DNA of 64,000 nucleotides from Prochlorococcus sp. AG-347-K10. GTDB taxonomy: Bacteria > Cyanobacteriota > Cyanobacteriia > PCC-6307 > Cyanobiaceae. The DNA lies in NCBI GenBank assembly GCA_003278955.1, contig QCCB01000007.1:911-64910 (forward strand), written 5' to 3'. A program made the position numbers and the translations under genes. Below the pieces are notes generated by a model that was given only the letters and a program-made list of their open reading frames with translations, made no database searches and was not told the DNA's origin. Every line of letters begins with the position of its first letter. The first letter of the stretch is position 1. Below are positions 1 to 10,808 of this stretch, one piece after another.

Positions 1-12
1 ATTTAGAAATAT

Positions 13-564
13 TTAAGGATTAATTTCAACTTTTTCCCATTTCTTAATCTTTTCCCAAAGATATCTTTTATGAACAGGCTGTTCTAATTTAAGAAGATCT
101 ACTGAATCGATTTCAAAATTTAGAACTACAAAATTTTCTGGCTTGGGTTGATTGGATAATATTTCATAAGCAGATTGAACTTTTGGGTTTATTTTCTTTC
201 CAGGAGATCCCCAAAACCAAGAAGATTTTGATTTTTCTGATAATAAATCCCAATAATTTTTGTTATCACTTAATTCACGTATTTTTCCTTTGAATCTATA
301 TTGTGATTTGGTTTTCAAAAAGAACCATAATATTTCTGCATTAGGGTTAAATTTTAAATGCCCAATTTTTTCACTTCTTCTATCTGTGAAAATAATCATT
401 GAACTATCTTTATGCCATCCTCTGAAAACAACTGTTCTTAATCTTGGCTCATTTTCCTTGCTGACTGTTGCAAGCTGTATCCAACTATTAGAGGGTGATT
501 TGCCCTCTTTTTTTCTAGAAGATTTTAAATCTTGCCTCCAACTAGGTAAGTTGTTATCAGGCAT
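13..564 (-). CDS. Pyridoxamine 5'-phosphate oxidase-like FMN-binding protein
   Basis: 183-aa ORF with QLATV..PRLRTVVFRG and FTDRRSEK motifs of the PNPOx-like split-barrel family. Confidence 0.8.
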   Translation of the reverse strand: MPDNNLPSWRQDLKSSRKKEGKSPSNSWIQLATVSKENEPRLRTVVFRGWHKDSSMIIFTDRRSEKIGHLKFNPNAEILWFFLKTKSQYRFKGKIRELSDNKNYWDLLSEKSKSSWFWGSPGKKINPKVQSAYEILSNQPKPENFVVLNFEIDSVDLLKLEQPVHKRYLWEKIKKWEKVEINP

Positions 565-1174
565 TTAATTTAGGCAATATAAGACCACTTTTCTTTTTGT
601 ATTCTTCGAATGAATCATATTTTGAGAGCGATTTATCTTTTTTTATCATTCTTGGTAGAAAAACTATAGAGAAAAATATTGCAAGAATTACTAATGGAAT
701 GAAACTCATTGAAAGTATGGCGAATGATAGATAAATTAGTATTTCTCCTAGATAATTTGTATTTCTTATATTTTTGAAAAATCCTTCTTTAATTAGATCT
801 TTTTTTAATTTAAGAGAAAAGTATTTTTGAGCATCACTAGCAAAGTGTAGAAACACACCAATTATATTTATAGATACAGATGCAGCTATTACGATATTTG
901 GAACAGATTTCTGAGATGAGATAAGAATGTAGGGAGCTACCCAGTAACTTCCAAGGAAAATAAAACCAGTAACTGAAGTTAAAAAATTGATTTTTTCTTT
1001 AAAATAAGGATCTGGGAATATCTTTTCTTTTAGAAGCCAAAGTAATCCATAAGTACCATGCAGAGCTAAATAAACGTAGGGAGCGATCGTAAAATTATCA
1101 AAAAAAATCATGAGACTTAACACTACAAATGCAGTGAGCCCTTTATGTAGATTAATTATTTGATTAAGTTTCAT
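557..1174 (-). CDS. DUF1295 / steroid 5-alpha-reductase / ICMT-like membrane protein
   Basis: Several hydrophobic helices; SDAQK and G.F...RNTNYLGE motifs; C-terminal YKKKSGLILP. Confidence 0.7.
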   Translation of the reverse strand: MKLNQIINLHKGLTAFVVLSLMIFFDNFTIAPYVYLALHGTYGLLWLLKEKIFPDPYFKEKINFLTSVTGFIFLGSYWVAPYILISSQKSVPNIVIAASVSINIIGVFLHFASDAQKYFSLKLKKDLIKEGFFKNIRNTNYLGEILIYLSFAILSMSFIPLVILAIFFSIVFLPRMIKKDKSLSKYDSFEEYKKKSGLILPKLNA

Positions 1175-1241
1175 CTTTTTTAATAATCTAAAAAATGTAA
1201 TTATTTTCTGTGGATATAACCTAGGTTTTTAAAAGTTTTAA

Positions 1242-1313
1242 TGGGCGATACTGGATTCGAACCAGTGGCCACTACCGTGTCGAGGTAGTGCTCTACCACT
1301 GAGCTAATCGCCC
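1242..1313 (-). tRNA. tRNA-Val(GAC)
   Basis: Reverse complement GGGCGATTAGCTCAGTGGTAGAGCACTACCTC-GAC-ACGGTAG...GGTTCGAATCCAGTATCGCCCA folds as a cloverleaf; CCA not encoded. Confidence 0.97.
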
Positions 1314-1363
1314 AAATTGAAGAATTTTTAATCCCCCCTTATAAGAAAATAGCAGGTTGCGTT

Positions 1364-2155
1364 TCATTTTCTAAGTAATTTAACTTTCCATCGTTCTCTT
1401 TTGGTTATTTCTAAATTCAGAATTTCGATAAATCCTTTATTTTCAAGTTCCAGTTTGTCTCCAATTTTTAGATTAATAGTTGGCTTATTAACTTTGCTTC
1501 CATTTAATCTGAGCATTCCATTTTCTATCCTTTCAATGATTTTGGTTCGTGATACCCTAAAGCCCGCTGAAGCTATAGCATCTAATCTTGTTGAAGCCTC
1601 TACTGTATTGACAAGTTTTTTTGATCTTCCAGAAGGTATTTGTAATTCATCTATACTTACTACATTAACTTTTACTTTTACGTCTCTCAAATAAAAAATC
1701 TTTTCATCTAGATGCTTAATATTTAAATTATCAATTATCCCTTGTGCTCCCCTATCGCCAATAGTCCATATATCTCCAACTTTTATTTGATTAACCCCAT
1801 TTTCAATTAAGAGGGATCTGAAATCGTCTTGTGTAGCATTATCAAATAAAAAATTTCCATTAATTTTTATTCCTTGAGCTGGAAAATTACTTTTTAGCGC
1901 ATCCTCCTCAGGAATATTATCCCCTCTAAAGCAAGCTATCCTAGATCTTTGAGAAGAGGAGAATCCTCCATAAATAAAAAATTTGAAATCATTTAAATTT
2001 TCAAAATCTTTTAAAATTTCTTCGCAAACATAAGTTGAATTAAACCCAGTCCAATAAGTTTCCCAGTGTTTGTAAGCTAAGTTAGCAATATTTATTAATT
2101 CCTCAGTTTCTTTTTTGTAGTTTGAATTTATTAAGATTTCTTTTAAGTCAATCAT
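1364..2155 (-). CDS. Photosystem II S4-domain RNA-binding protein (YlmH/Sll1252 family)
   Basis: C-terminal S4 domain STRLDAIASAGFRVSR; VGDI motif. Confidence 0.88.
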   Translation of the reverse strand: MIDLKEILINSNYKKETEELINIANLAYKHWETYWTGFNSTYVCEEILKDFENLNDFKFFIYGGFSSSQRSRIACFRGDNIPEEDALKSNFPAQGIKINGNFLFDNATQDDFRSLLIENGVNQIKVGDIWTIGDRGAQGIIDNLNIKHLDEKIFYLRDVKVKVNVVSIDELQIPSGRSKKLVNTVEASTRLDAIASAGFRVSRTKIIERIENGMLRLNGSKVNKPTINLKIGDKLELENKGFIEILNLEITKRERWKVKLLRK

Positions 2156-2722
2156 TTAGCCTTCTAAAAAAATTATATCTTTTGCTTCTGATTGTTTTAT
2201 TAAAGGCCAAGGTAATTCGGTCCCAATTTGATTTTCAAGTAGAACAAGCCATTTACCCTCTTTATTAAAATTAATAATTGTTCTTAACTCTTTATTTCTA
2301 TTAATGTTGATACTTGCAGAAGAAACAATGCTTCCTAAATATCCTGAACCCATTCCTAAAAGACCTCCAATTAATGATTCCCCTATGTTATTTAAACCAA
2401 GAAAGCTGAAGGTAGATAAATTTGTCATATTAGAAAAAGCTATTCCGGCTATAAACCCAAACGGCATTAGCCATCTACTCATATCTTTTTGCCTGATCTT
2501 CCTATCAAGTTTAGGATTTAAGATTCTTATATCTTCAAAATTTTGAGATTTGAATAAGATATTTGTTTTCGCATTTAGCAATTCTGTTTCGTCTGATGAT
2601 ATTTTCTCACTTATTGGTGGGATCAAAATAGCTTCAGAGAGCATTACTGATTTTTCTTTGAAAACATCAAATAGCTGGATACATTTATTAATGTCTTCAA
2701 ATATCACAATACTTTTAGTCAA
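2156..2722 (-). CDS. Conserved hypothetical membrane protein
   Basis: 188-aa ORF, TTG start; WLMPFGF and glycine-zipper-like GGLLGMGSGYLG segments. Confidence 0.7.
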   Translation of the reverse strand: MTKSIVIFEDINKCIQLFDVFKEKSVMLSEAILIPPISEKISSDETELLNAKTNILFKSQNFEDIRILNPKLDRKIRQKDMSRWLMPFGFIAGIAFSNMTNLSTFSFLGLNNIGESLIGGLLGMGSGYLGSIVSSASININRNKELRTIINFNKEGKWLVLLENQIGTELPWPLIKQSEAKDIIFLEG

Positions 2723-2821
2723 ATTTCAATCCTCAAATGTTTGTGTGTTATTCAAATTAATAAAATAAGATACATACACTATAGATTAAGTTAAAGTAAA
2801 AGATTAAAGAACCAATCTTAA

Positions 2822-4408
2822 ATGACAAAAGTTCTCATTACAGATCCAATTGATCAAACCGGAATCGATATTCTTTCACAAGTTGCTCAGGTTGATCAGA
2901 AGATAGGAATCTCAGACTCTGAGTTAGCTTCCATTATTAAAGATTATGATGCTTTAATGATTCGTTCTGGTACTCAAGTGACTGAAGAGATTATAAACTC
3001 TTCAGGTAAACTGAGAATCATTGGGAGAGCAGGAGTTGGAGTCGATAATGTAGATGTTAAGGCTGCTACGCAAAAAGGAGTCCTTGTTGTTAATTCTCCA
3101 GGGGGTAACACAATAGCAGCGGCTGAACATACTATAGCTATGATGTTGGCCTTATCTAGGCATATTCCAATTGCTAATAGTAGTACTTTGTTAGGTAAAT
3201 GGGAGAGAAAGAAATTCGTTGGGAATGAGCTTTATAAGAAAAAATTAGGTGTAGTAGGTTTAGGGAAAATTGGTGCTCATGTAGCAAAAGTTGCAAATGC
3301 ATTAGGAATGGAAGTTTGCGGATATGATCCCTTCGTTTCAACTGAAAGAGCTCAACAGATCCAAGTTAAACTATCTGATCTAGAAGATTTATTCCAACAA
3401 TCAGATTATGTAACTTTGCATTTACCTCGCACACCAGAGACAGAGAATTTAGTAAATATGGAGGTGCTTAAAAATATGAAAAGTAGCTCAAAATTAATTA
3501 ATTGTGCTCGAGGAGGCTTGATTGATGAAGAGGCACTGGCAGAAGCTTTAAATAAATCATTGATTGCAGGTGCTGCAATAGATGTCTTTTCTAAAGAACC
3601 TTTGGAATCTAATTCACCACTTTTGAAGGTTGAAAAGAATCTTATTCTTACCCCCCACTTAGGAGCATCTACTCGGGAAGCACAAGAAAATGTAGCTGTT
3701 GATGTTGCGGAGCAAATAAGGGATGTCTTGCTTGGTTTATCTGCTAGAACTGCAGTAAATATTCCAGGTTTGAGCCCCGATATTATGGATAGTCTGAAAC
3801 CTCATTTGCAGTTAGCTGAAACCATGGGTCTGCTTATAAGCCAGCTTTCAGGTGGGCAGATACAGAAACTAGAAGTAAAGCTTCAAGGTGAATTTGTTCA
3901 ACATCCTTCTCAGCCATTAATAATAGCTAGTCTAAAAGGCCTTCTAAGTAAAGCTTTGGGAGATAGGATTAATTATGTGAATGCTTCGCTAGAAGCAGAT
4001 TCAAGAGGTATTTCAGTAGTCGAGAATAAAGATGAGGCAAGACCTGAATTTGCTAGTGGTTCGCTTCAGTTAACCACTTATGGAGATAACGGCGACCATA
4101 GCGTAGCAGGAAGCATTTTTGCTGATGGGGAGTTAAGAATTATTAGTATTGATCAATACCCAGTTAATGTTTCACCAAGCAGATATATGTTGGTTACTAG
4201 ACACAGAGATATGCCAGGTATTATTGGCAAGCTGGGGTCTTTATTAGGTAGCAACAATGTAAATATTGCCTCAATGCAAGTTGGGCGCAAAATTGTTAGA
4301 GGGGAAGCTGTTATGGTTCTAAGTATTGATGATCCAATACCTAATAAGTTGCTTGATACCATTATTGAAGTAGATGGGATTACCAACGCTAATCCAGTTA
4401 CTCTATGA
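2822..4408 (+). CDS. serA: D-3-phosphoglycerate dehydrogenase
   Basis: RAGVGVDNVD, GLGKIG, NCARGG, TPHLGAST motifs; C-terminal ACT domain (DMPGIIG). Confidence 0.97.
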   Translation: MTKVLITDPIDQTGIDILSQVAQVDQKIGISDSELASIIKDYDALMIRSGTQVTEEIINSSGKLRIIGRAGVGVDNVDVKAATQKGVLVVNSPGGNTIAAAEHTIAMMLALSRHIPIANSSTLLGKWERKKFVGNELYKKKLGVVGLGKIGAHVAKVANALGMEVCGYDPFVSTERAQQIQVKLSDLEDLFQQSDYVTLHLPRTPETENLVNMEVLKNMKSSSKLINCARGGLIDEEALAEALNKSLIAGAAIDVFSKEPLESNSPLLKVEKNLILTPHLGASTREAQENVAVDVAEQIRDVLLGLSARTAVNIPGLSPDIMDSLKPHLQLAETMGLLISQLSGGQIQKLEVKLQGEFVQHPSQPLIIASLKGLLSKALGDRINYVNASLEADSRGISVVENKDEARPEFASGSLQLTTYGDNGDHSVAGSIFADGELRIISIDQYPVNVSPSRYMLVTRHRDMPGIIGKLGSLLGSNNVNIASMQVGRKIVRGEAVMVLSIDDPIPNKLLDTIIEVDGITNANPVTL

Positions 4409-4426
4409 AGTGGCATGATCTAGTTA

Positions 4427-5338
4427 ATGGAAACTAAAGATTGGTATAAACTAACTTTTCTGATAGAAAGTGATTCTGAAGAAATTATTATTTGGAAATT
4501 AAATGAGCTGGGAATATTTAGTTTTTCATTTGAATATTTAATTAAGAATGAAAATAAAAAAGAAGTTAATATATGGCTTCCAATTGATGATTGGGATGAG
4601 AGTTCTAGAAGTGGTTTTGAAAAAATAATTAGCAAACTTCTAAACATTAATCCTCCTAAGAATAAATTTTTTGACTGGAGTATTATCAAAGAGGAGGATT
4701 GGTTAACAAGTTGGAAGAAATTTTGGGCTCCTGAATTAGTAGGAAATCATTTTTTAATATTGCCTTGTTGGATAAATCTAAATAAAAAATTTAAAGATAA
4801 ACAAATCATTAAAATTGATCCTGGAGCAGCTTTTGGTACAGGAAGTCATCCTTCAACTTATCTTTGCTTGGAAAAAATGGAGAATATTTTATTTTCTGAT
4901 AAAAAGGTATTAGATATTGGGAGCGGTAGCGGGATTTTGAGTGTCGCCGCAAGATTGCTTGGTGCTAAAGAGGTTTGTGCAGTGGACAATGATTACTTAG
5001 CTATAAATTCAACAAAATCTAATTTTCAACTAAATTTCGGTAATTTAAATAAATTAAATACATATTTGGGATCTTTTAATGAGGTAATTTTTAAAAATCA
5101 ACTCGAACAATTTGATTTTGTTTTATGCAATATTCTTGCTGAAGTAATAAAAGGAATGATTCCAAATATCTATAAGTGCTTGAGAAACAATGGGGAAGTC
5201 ATTTTCAGTGGAATTCTGAATTCACAAAAGGATGAAATTATTAAAATATTAATTCAAAATGACTTGAAATTACTGGATGTATCAACTAGAAAAGATTGGG
5301 CATGCATTTCTGCGCAAAAAGCCAGCAATCCAACCTAA
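4427..5338 (+). CDS. prmA: Ribosomal protein L11 methyltransferase
   Basis: [35 protein letters not shown] motifs. Confidence 0.95.
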   Translation: METKDWYKLTFLIESDSEEIIIWKLNELGIFSFSFEYLIKNENKKEVNIWLPIDDWDESSRSGFEKIISKLLNINPPKNKFFDWSIIKEEDWLTSWKKFWAPELVGNHFLILPCWINLNKKFKDKQIIKIDPGAAFGTGSHPSTYLCLEKMENILFSDKKVLDIGSGSGILSVAARLLGAKEVCAVDNDYLAINSTKSNFQLNFGNLNKLNTYLGSFNEVIFKNQLEQFDFVLCNILAEVIKGMIPNIYKCLRNNGEVIFSGILNSQKDEIIKILIQNDLKLLDVSTRKDWACISAQKASNPT

Positions 5339-5472
5339 GCATAAGTTTTTCTTATGGATACTCTTTCATACATTTTATTGTGTCATTTTTTACTTCAAAA
5401 TCTCACATATCGACTCAATCGATGTTAAAAATGTATTTGATAGGTATTAATTACCAACAATTTTTTATTTAA

Positions 5473-5772
5473 ATGGCTTCTTACAAAGTTACTCTCATCA
5501 GCGAAGGTGAAGGCCTCAATTCAACTATTGAAGTACCTGATGACCAATACATCCTTGATGCGGCTGAAGAACAAGGTATCGACCTTCCTTATTCCTGTAG
5601 AGCTGGAGCATGTTCAACATGTGCTGGAAAAGTTACTTCAGGTAGCGTTGATCAATCAGATCAAAGTTTCTTGGATGATGATCAACTAGAAGCTGGTTTT
5701 GTTTTAACATGTGTTGCTTATCCAACATCTGATGTAACAATTACAACTCATGCTGAGGAAGAATTGTATTAA
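5473..5772 (+). CDS. petF: Plant-type [2Fe-2S] ferredoxin
   Basis: [13 protein letters not shown]...LTCVAYP signature. Confidence 0.98.
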   Translation: MASYKVTLISEGEGLNSTIEVPDDQYILDAAEEQGIDLPYSCRAGACSTCAGKVTSGSVDQSDQSFLDDDQLEAGFVLTCVAYPTSDVTITTHAEEELY

Positions 5773-5817
5773 TTATAAAAAATTAACTTTTTTAAGTTGA
5801 TTATCCATTATTTCTCT

Positions 5818-5845
5818 GCCACCCTCTATAAAGGTGGCTTTTTTT
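5818..5845 (+). terminator. Intrinsic terminator of petF
   Basis: GCCACC-ctctataaa-GGTGGC stem-loop followed by T7. Confidence 0.8.
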
Positions 5846-5849
5846 GTGA

Positions 5850-6218
5850 ATGAATAAATTTGAATTTTTTAAGACTGGCAGTGTTCAATCAAGTTATGGA
5901 GGTCAGTACAGCTATAAGATAATTGGACCATGTTGCAGACTTTATGATAGGGAAGAGTTACCCTGGCCCTGTTCAAGGCTTGCTTGGAGAAGTAAGGAGC
6001 CTAGTTGGAGAAGAATAGGTTCTAGGTTCGTTGCTGATATGGCTTCAAGAAAATGTCCATCTTACTCAGTACAGATTTTGGAGCCTGGATCAAAACCTGT
6101 CGAGACAGTTATAACTCTTTTTTCAAAGAAATTTTCTTCTGATATACAAGAATGGTGGTATAGCAAAAAACCAGGCTCGAAAGAGCCTGGTAATATCTTC
6201 CCTTCTGAAATTGGTTAG
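5850..6218 (+). CDS. Conserved hypothetical protein with four cysteines
   Basis: 122-aa ORF with ATG start and protein-like composition (GPCCRLYDREELPWPCSRL). Confidence 0.75.
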   Translation: MNKFEFFKTGSVQSSYGGQYSYKIIGPCCRLYDREELPWPCSRLAWRSKEPSWRRIGSRFVADMASRKCPSYSVQILEPGSKPVETVITLFSKKFSSDIQEWWYSKKPGSKEPGNIFPSEIG

Positions 6219-6227
6219 CTTTAAATG

Positions 6228-6830
6228 TTATGCTTTTGGCTTTGGAGGCATGTAACCTTTTAAGCCGGTGCATTCCAGACTATCAATTGTATTGACTCCA
6301 GTTTGTGAGTTAGTTCCACTAGCTCTTTCACATAATGATTTTCTCTGAGAAAGATCAAGATTTGCATCAGTAAAGTCTGCTCCATCAATAATTGCTCCAT
6401 CAAAAACACTTTTCATTAGCTCACCATTGGTAAGATTTGCATCTGTAAAATCAGCATTATCAAAGCGTGTTGCATATGCAATGAGGTCGGTCATGTTAGC
6501 CCCTTTAAAACTAGAGTTTTTTGCAGTTGTTACACTCATATATGCGCCCTGAAGATTAGCTTCTCCTAAATCTTGATTTGATAAATCATACTTAACATAT
6601 TCAGTATTATGAAGGTCGGCACCGTGAAGATCATCTTTTAATACGTCAACTGATGAAGGATCACTTGGATATAGTGCGTTTGCAGAGATTGGATTAATAA
6701 GTAAACCAATAATTAACGGAAGAAAAATAAATAGTCTTTTACAAGACTTATGTAGTGATGAAAAAATAGAAACCATTTCGATCAACATCAATATAGAAAA
6801 CCTATGACTATTATTCCATGGGTTGGTCAT
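6228..6830 (-). CDS. Pentapeptide repeat protein, likely exported or lumenal
   Basis: A(D/N)LxG and ADFTD pentapeptide repeats, hydrophobic signal region ending ANA, C-terminal Cys pair; true start may be downstream. Confidence 0.88.
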   Translation of the reverse strand: MTNPWNNSHRFSILMLIEMVSIFSSLHKSCKRLFIFLPLIIGLLINPISANALYPSDPSSVDVLKDDLHGADLHNTEYVKYDLSNQDLGEANLQGAYMSVTTAKNSSFKGANMTDLIAYATRFDNADFTDANLTNGELMKSVFDGAIIDGADFTDANLDLSQRKSLCERASGTNSQTGVNTIDSLECTGLKGYMPPKPKA

Positions 6831-6862
6831 TTACGACTCTTCTTCTAACGAACTGTTGCAGT

Positions 6863-7801
6863 TTATTTTATTTTTGCCGTTAGTAAATCTTTTGCAAGGT
6901 GAGTATTTGGAAAAACTTTCTGAGCCTCTTTAAGCAAATCGCTTGGCGTAATTGAATTTTTATTGTTGTACCTTGGACTTAAATGAGTAATAATTAATTT
7001 TTTTGTATTAGATAATAGTGCTGTTTTGGCAGCCATGATTGTTGTGGAATGTAATTTTTCGTAGGCCATGCTTTCATCCTCTTGAGAAAATGTTGATTCA
7101 TGTACGAGTAAATCAGCATTTTTCGATAGTGCAACAGCTGATTCGCTAAAGACTGTGTCGGTGCAATAAACAAAACTTTCACCCTTTCTAGGAGGCCCAC
7201 AGAATTCTTTCCCATCAAATTTCCTACCATCAGCTAAAACGACTTTTTTTCCTTGTTGCAGTTCTGAATAAATTGGTCCAGGTGATATTTTTAGAGACTC
7301 TGCTTTTTCGATATCAAATATACCTGGCTTATCTTTTTCACTAACTCGATAACCATAAGCAGGTATTTTATGTTTAAGGCAGGCGCAATTTACTTTTGTT
7401 TTGTTGTTTTCAAATAAAATTTTATTTTCTGATGCAAAATTTTCAACTTCCACAAAATGCAATGGGAAAGACAATTTGCAAAAACTACTTTTAAGTGCAG
7501 AATTTATAAAACTTCGCAACTCAGTAGGACCGTAAATTTCAATACCCTTACTATTACCTGATAAACCTAGGGTAGCCAAAAGTCCAGGTAAACCATAAAT
7601 ATGATCTCCATGCATATGTGTAATAAATATTTTCTTGATTTGTGAAGATTTAATATTGCTCTTCATTATTTGATGTTGTGTTCCTTCACCACAGTCAAAA
7701 AGCCAAACTTCAGATGACTGTGATAATTTAAGTGCTAGGGAAGAAACATTTCTCGTTAAGGATGGAACTCCTGAGCTTGTTCCTAAGAAGGTGATATTCA
7801 C
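6863..7801 (-). CDS. rnz: Ribonuclease Z
   Basis: FLGTSSGVP, DCGEGTQ, THMHGDH, HESTF, THLSPRY motifs. Confidence 0.96.
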   Translation of the reverse strand: MNITFLGTSSGVPSLTRNVSSLALKLSQSSEVWLFDCGEGTQHQIMKSNIKSSQIKKIFITHMHGDHIYGLPGLLATLGLSGNSKGIEIYGPTELRSFINSALKSSFCKLSFPLHFVEVENFASENKILFENNKTKVNCACLKHKIPAYGYRVSEKDKPGIFDIEKAESLKISPGPIYSELQQGKKVVLADGRKFDGKEFCGPPRKGESFVYCTDTVFSESAVALSKNADLLVHESTFSQEDESMAYEKLHSTTIMAAKTALLSNTKKLIITHLSPRYNNKNSITPSDLLKEAQKVFPNTHLAKDLLTAKIK

Positions 7802-7891
7802 TTAATTTATGATATTTTTATTTTTATATCTGGATTAAATCTAGACTTTTAGTCAAACTTAGGCAAATTAAGAATTTGTTTTTTAAACAAA

Positions 7892-9064
7892 GTGATACTT
7901 AAATTTAAAAATTTTTGTAGTAAGTGTTGCTTGACCACTATTTTAGTAATTTGTGTTTTTCAGAGTGAAAGTGTTTTCGCATCTAGAGAACCAATAATTA
8001 GAGTTTTGATATCAAAAAATAACAATTTAAGGATTAGATCAGATAGATCAATTCCTTTAACAATAGAGGGTGGATTTTTTTCAAGTAAAAAAATAAAAGG
8101 TTTAACTTTGAAAAATCAGAAAAATAGAAAAATTTTATACTTTGATAAAAATAAACAAAAAAAATATGACTTAAAAAGTAATCAACAATTTCAAGTTAGA
8201 TCTTCTGATGGAAGAGGTATATGGGTAGGTCAGAAGAGATTTTCTGGAAAGCTTAATCTCTTTGTACTTGATTCTGAAATATTGGTAGTGAATGTTTTAG
8301 GAATAGAGAAATACCTAAGTAGTGTAGTGGGCTCAGAGATGCCAACAAAATGGCCTATTGAAGCATTAAAAGCACAAGCAATTGCCTCTAGAACTTACGC
8401 TTTAAAGCAAAAAGGAAATAGTTTTTTTGATATAGATTCAACTCAAAAAAATCAAGTCTATAATGGCTTAGAGTCAAGAAATTATAAAACTATTAGAGCT
8501 GTTAAAAGTACAAGATCTTTAGTTTTGACGTATAAAAATAAATTAATTAATGCTTTATTTCATAGCAGCTCAGGTGGAATGACAGAAAATAGTCAAGATG
8601 TATGGAAAAATAAATATCCATATTTATCAAGTGTGAAAGATTTTGATAAAAATAATCCAAAATTTAGATGGCAAAAAAAAATTTCGAGTAATGAATTAAT
8701 AAATTTATTTCCTAATATTGGAGGTTTAAAAAATATAGAGATTCTAGATATTACTAGTACAGGGAGGGTAAAAAATGTAAAAATTACTGGGGCATATGGT
8801 TCTGACCAAATGTCTGGGGTAGTTTTAAGAAAAAGATTAGGACTAAACAGTAATTTTGTAAGATTTAAATTTTTTGAGGAAGAATCAAACAATTTTCCTT
8901 TAAAAAAAGGTTTGATAGTTTTTGGACAGGGATCAGGTCATGGAGTAGGAATGAGTCAATGGGGTGCTAAATATCTGGCGTCTAGAGGCCAAAAAGCTGA
9001 AAGAATATTAAAGTATTTTTATAGGGGAGTGCAGATTAAACCTTTTAGAAAAGATTACCTATAG
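7892..9064 (+). CDS. SpoIID/LytB-domain protein (amidase enhancer / lytic transglycosylase)
   Basis: YLSSVVGSEMP, EALKAQAIASRTYA, GHGVGMSQWGA motifs; N-terminal signal peptide. Confidence 0.92.
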   Translation: MILKFKNFCSKCCLTTILVICVFQSESVFASREPIIRVLISKNNNLRIRSDRSIPLTIEGGFFSSKKIKGLTLKNQKNRKILYFDKNKQKKYDLKSNQQFQVRSSDGRGIWVGQKRFSGKLNLFVLDSEILVVNVLGIEKYLSSVVGSEMPTKWPIEALKAQAIASRTYALKQKGNSFFDIDSTQKNQVYNGLESRNYKTIRAVKSTRSLVLTYKNKLINALFHSSSGGMTENSQDVWKNKYPYLSSVKDFDKNNPKFRWQKKISSNELINLFPNIGGLKNIEILDITSTGRVKNVKITGAYGSDQMSGVVLRKRLGLNSNFVRFKFFEEESNNFPLKKGLIVFGQGSGHGVGMSQWGAKYLASRGQKAERILKYFYRGVQIKPFRKDYL

Positions 9065-9067
9065 AAG

Positions 9068-9991
9068 TTATTTAGAATTAAGAACTAATTTTGGATTAAT
9101 ATTAGATTGATCCTTATTTAAGAAGCCAATCCCCAGTAGTATTTGTTTTTTATCAATTACTTTTATGGGCTTTTTATAATCAAATGACTTACTTTCCTTG
9201 AAGTAATTAATATCAACTTTAATTGATCTTCCTGTTTGCCAAAAATTGATTTGTTCTTCACTACTTAAGACAAATGATGAAATGTGGTTAAGAGCAGAAA
9301 TTGTTGGAATAATCAAGTTTTGCGTGTTTTTTTTTCCTTTTTCTTTTTCAATATCAGATATTTTTATCGAGTTTTGTTCATCAAAGCCGCAAGCAGAAAT
9401 TCTTTTTAGTTGCAGAAGGCAACCTTCGGAATTAAGAATTCCCCCCAAATCTCTTGCAATTGCTCTTATATATGTGCCAGTTGAACATTTGATTTTTATT
9501 TCTATTATTCCGTTTATTTGGTCCCACTTCATTAAAGTAAGTTCTTTTATTTTTACTTCTCTTGGTGCTAATTTAAAATTTTCATTCCTAAAAGATTTTT
9601 TATAAGCTCGCTCACCATTGACGTGTACACTTGAAACTTTCGGCGGTATTTGTTTAATAATTCCTCTAAATCTATTTAGGTATTGATCTAATTTTTCATT
9701 ACTGATCTTAGGCCAAGTCTTTTGATTAATTATGTCTCCGTGAATATCATCAGTGTTAGTTCTTATCCCTAATTTAATTTGACCTATATAAGTTTTATCC
9801 TGAGGAAGATATTGAATAAATCTTGTTGCACTTCCTATAGCGATTGGTAATGTTCCTACAACTTCTGGGTCAAGAGTTCCTGTATGCCCAACCTTTTTTG
9901 TATTTAGTAACTTCCTTATTTGCTTAACACAATCATGAGACGTACAGCCTTTCTCTTTATTAATTACTAAAAATCCATCTTTAGTTTCCAT
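9068..9991 (-). CDS. truB: tRNA pseudouridine(55) synthase
   Basis: [33 protein letters not shown] motifs. Confidence 0.96.
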   Translation of the reverse strand: METKDGFLVINKEKGCTSHDCVKQIRKLLNTKKVGHTGTLDPEVVGTLPIAIGSATRFIQYLPQDKTYIGQIKLGIRTNTDDIHGDIINQKTWPKISNEKLDQYLNRFRGIIKQIPPKVSSVHVNGERAYKKSFRNENFKLAPREVKIKELTLMKWDQINGIIEIKIKCSTGTYIRAIARDLGGILNSEGCLLQLKRISACGFDEQNSIKISDIEKEKGKKNTQNLIIPTISALNHISSFVLSSEEQINFWQTGRSIKVDINYFKESKSFDYKKPIKVIDKKQILLGIGFLNKDQSNINPKLVLNSK

Positions 9992-10010
9992 TTTTAATAT
10001 TAAGAATTCT

Positions 10011-10808
10011 TTGAGAAAGATTTATGACCATTCTATGATTTTGGTATTGGAAATTTATATTAAAAAATTGAAAAACAATAATCTCATATTAAAAGAGTTT
10101 TTAGATAATGCTTTTAATTTGAAATCACATTTAATGGAATACTTATCTATTAGGGAATGTGACTTAGAGGGATTCCTTGCAAATGCAAAGATGAATTTGG
10201 CAAATTCACATCCCGGGGATACTTTGAATGAAGTTTCAGATTTTTATACTGAGATTGTAGGAGATAGGCATGTAGCTGATTTAGCTGCTTGGCATATCAC
10301 GAGTAGCGACTACATCGCTGATACTTTAAAACTTCAGCAGAGATTTTCTAGAGGTTTAGTTTTGGATTTTGGAGGAGGTATTGGTACGCATGCCTTGGCT
10401 AACGCGATGTCTTCAAAAGTTGAGCATATTTTTTTTGTAGATATTAATCAAACAAATAGAAATTTTGTTAAATATAGGGCTAAGAAATTAGGAGTCGAAA
10501 AAAAAATTACTTTTTGCAAGACAATTCAAGATACACAACTATTGAAATTTGATACGATAGTTTGTCTTGATGTTTTGGAACATCTTGCAGACCCAGCCTC
10601 GCAAATTATTACTTTCAATGAGATTATGGATAGCAATTCTATTGCTCTATTAAATTGGTATTTCTACAAAGGAGATAACAACGAATATCCCTTTCATATC
10701 GACGATAGTCAAATAATTGAAAAGTTTTTTGAGACTCTTCAATCAAATTTTTTAGAAGTATTTCATCCTATTCATATAACTACAAGAGCTTATAAAAAAG
10801 TTAGATAA
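10011..10808 (+). CDS. Class I SAM-dependent methyltransferase, substrate unknown
   Basis: VLDFGGGIG motif I and [13 protein letters not shown]; start codon uncertain, probably further downstream. Confidence 0.85.
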   Translation: MRKIYDHSMILVLEIYIKKLKNNNLILKEFLDNAFNLKSHLMEYLSIRECDLEGFLANAKMNLANSHPGDTLNEVSDFYTEIVGDRHVADLAAWHITSSDYIADTLKLQQRFSRGLVLDFGGGIGTHALANAMSSKVEHIFFVDINQTNRNFVKYRAKKLGVEKKITFCKTIQDTQLLKFDTIVCLDVLEHLADPASQIITFNEIMDSNSIALLNWYFYKGDNNEYPFHIDDSQIIEKFFETLQSNFLEVFHPIHITTRAYKKVR

